Of a stretch of 20,000 nucleotides of DNA, positions 18,082 through 20,000 are shown piece by piece. This DNA comes from Chrysochromulina tobinii (lineage: Eukaryota). The notes beneath the pieces are model-generated. The model made no database searches, was not told where the DNA came from, and saw nothing but the letters and a program-made list of their open reading frames with translations. A program made the position numbers and the translations under genes. Numbering within the stretch: position 1 is the stretch's first letter; each line of letters begins with the position of its first letter. The stretch spans positions 47,188 through 67,187 of the forward strand of contig JWZX01003001.1 in the NCBI GenBank assembly GCA_001275005.1. The letters are read 5' to 3'.

Positions 18082-20000
18082 ATGAAGATCGCGGGCCTCG
18101 CGGCGGCAGCGGCGGCCTCGCGTGCCGAGGATGCGCTCCGCGCGGCCTCGGACCTGCTGACACCGCGCGCACAAGACCCGATGCAGAGCGCGCTGCACGC
18201 GTGGGACAAGGCCGCGACGCAGCTGCACGAGCGGATGACGAGGGCGAAGCGCGACCTCGACTCCCGAAATCAGCCGCAGCAGAAGAAGGTCGAGGTGCTG
18301 CAGGAGCTGCTGCGCGAACTGCGCAAGACGGAGGATCCTGCCTCGCAGACGCTTCGCGACATCGAGTACGACCTCGAGGAAGCTCTGAAAGAGCTGCACC
18401 TGCCCTACCGTGCAGGCTGGCTCTTCCGGGTGTCGTACAGCGGCGTGATGCTTGGCCTGATGGACTTCTCGGTGGAGCGCTGCTGTGCGTCGCTGCAGGT
18501 GTCTCTGCTACCCGGCCGGCAGGCGAGCGGTGCGCAGCAGGCGGCGCTGCTGCGCATCGTGCTCGATGCGAGCGGAGGCGGCGACAAGAGCGATCGCAGC
18601 CTTAGCCACTCGATCAGCGTGCGGCTCGAGCGACTGCGGCTGGAACGGTTACGGGAGGGCTTCTCGCTGCTGCCGGGGAGCTTCGAGGTGGCCTCGCTCA
18701 CGATCGCGCTGCGCTGCGTCATGCAGCTCACCTTCGCCTTCGGCTCCGATCAGCAATGGGTGAGCTCGGAGACGAGGCGCTGATTGCCATTGATTGCCAT
18801 CGAGTGCCATCGAGTGCCATCGAGTGCCATTGAGTGCCATCGAGTGCCATCGAGTGCCATTGAGTGCCATTGAGTGCTATTCATTGCCACACAGGTGTGC
18901 ACGACGTCGAAGCTCGACCTGCTCTCGCTACGCACCGAAAAGGGCGGGGGCGGCCAGCTGATGACAGACGTTCTCATGCGTTGGCTCCTCGAGAAGTTGT
19001 TGCCTGGCGTGTTGCAGAGACTCATCCTTCGTCAACTGCCCGAAGAGCTCGGGCAATATCTCGCCGAGGCGACGGAGCCTTGCGAGGTGAGCACCCTTGA
19101 CGGCCGTTTCGGACGAGTGCCCTCGATTTCCCTCCGAGTGCCTCTTTGAGAAACCACGGAGTGCCTCTCGGAGTGACCTTCTGAGTAACTCCTAATTGCC
19201 TCTGTGTGTCTACTCGGCGTGCCTCTGACTGCCACCGAGCTCGACCCCCTCCCGATTGCATGCTGATGGCCCCACTTCCCTCCCGAGTTGCATGCAGGTG
19301 GCCACTGAGCTCGCCCTCACAGGCACGCCTCTCAGCGTAATGACGGCTCGGCTTCCGTTGCCCATCGGCCCGAATCCCACAATGAGCGCCCTGAGCGAGC
19401 CGTACCAGGTGGGTGCCATTGATTGTCATTGATTGTCATTGATTGTCATTGATTGCGATTGATTGCCACACTTCTGAGTGCCGTCCCGTCTCGCTCGACG
19501 AGCAGTTGGCCGTTGCCAAGGCGGCGCAGGCGCTTCGGCTCCACTCTCATGAGCTGCTCACGGCACTCGCGGCGCTACGCACCCTGCAGCCGCCGCCGGA
19601 TAAGGAGCGCCTAACCGAGCGCCCGATACAGCGCTTGACGGGCTGGAGCGGGCGTGAGCGCGAGGCGGCACCGCCTGTGTTCCTTCCTGGGCCTTCCCAC
19701 ACGGTGAGTTGCGATCTCCCTGGATCTCCCTTGATTGATCTTGATTGCTCTTGATGCTCTGCACCTTCCCACACGGTGAGTAGCCTGTGCTGCCACTGAT
19801 TGCGACCGTCATTGCAGCCGGAATCCACTGCTCGCCTCACCACGAGCACCAATTGCCAACGATGGCCTTCGCAGGTGAGCCTGCTTGAGCTCGCGCGAAC
19901 GAGATTGGAGCTCGAGCGCGAGGAATTCGTCAATGAGCTACGCGAGCTACGGGCAGCGTGGGCCAATGTGGCCGATGCCCACGCCAAGAGCGCCGCCGCC
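18082..20000 (+). CDS. Hypothetical protein, 3' partial; exons 18082..18759, 18895..19086, 19298..19408, 19506..19703, 19875..>20000
   Basis: Four phase-0 GT-AG introns (donors GTGAGC, GTGAGC, GTGGGT, GTGAGT; all CAG acceptors) join stop-free exons. N-terminal coiled-coil-like region followed by a beta-rich region. Confidence 0.75.
18781..18890. repeat. 10-bp tandem repeat gagtgccat(c/t) / gattgccatt in intron 18760-18894
   Basis: About 11 copies, directly visible. Confidence 0.95.
19416..19468. repeat. 10-bp tandem repeat gattgtcatt in intron 19409-19505
   Basis: About 5 copies, directly visible. Confidence 0.9.

Overview
GC-rich, gene-dense eukaryotic DNA with GT-AG spliceosomal introns. 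Many introns are filled with 10-12 bp tandem repeats, which suggests a haptophyte-like alga (inference). Six genes can be modelled. (1) A minus-strand ~1090 aa protein with TIR domain, SH3/Tudor-like barrel, WW, second barrel and ~50 ten-residue (AGFTCKDAKE-type) repeats. (2) ORC2, 4 exons, with a long low-complexity insert. (3) A ~1816 aa protein with three EF-hand pairs, ~25 Sfi1-like Trp repeats and C-terminal ankyrin repeats. (4) A 685 aa protein alternating 8 CCHC and 7 GATA-type zinc fingers. (5) UTP11. (6) A 3'-truncated multi-exon gene of unknown function. The most notable signals are the TIR effector with an intact candidate catalytic Glu fused to a recently expanded variable repeat array (candidate algal immune receptor) and several signs of recent intron creation. 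The latter include two sequence-related introns carrying an antisense tRNA T-arm/B-box-like motif, an ORC2 intron built from tandem copies of its own CAG|GT exon junction, an intron present in only one paralogous zinc-finger linker, and sense-strand arrays of branch-point-like motifs. All gene models and domain calls are by eye, without database searches or RNA data.
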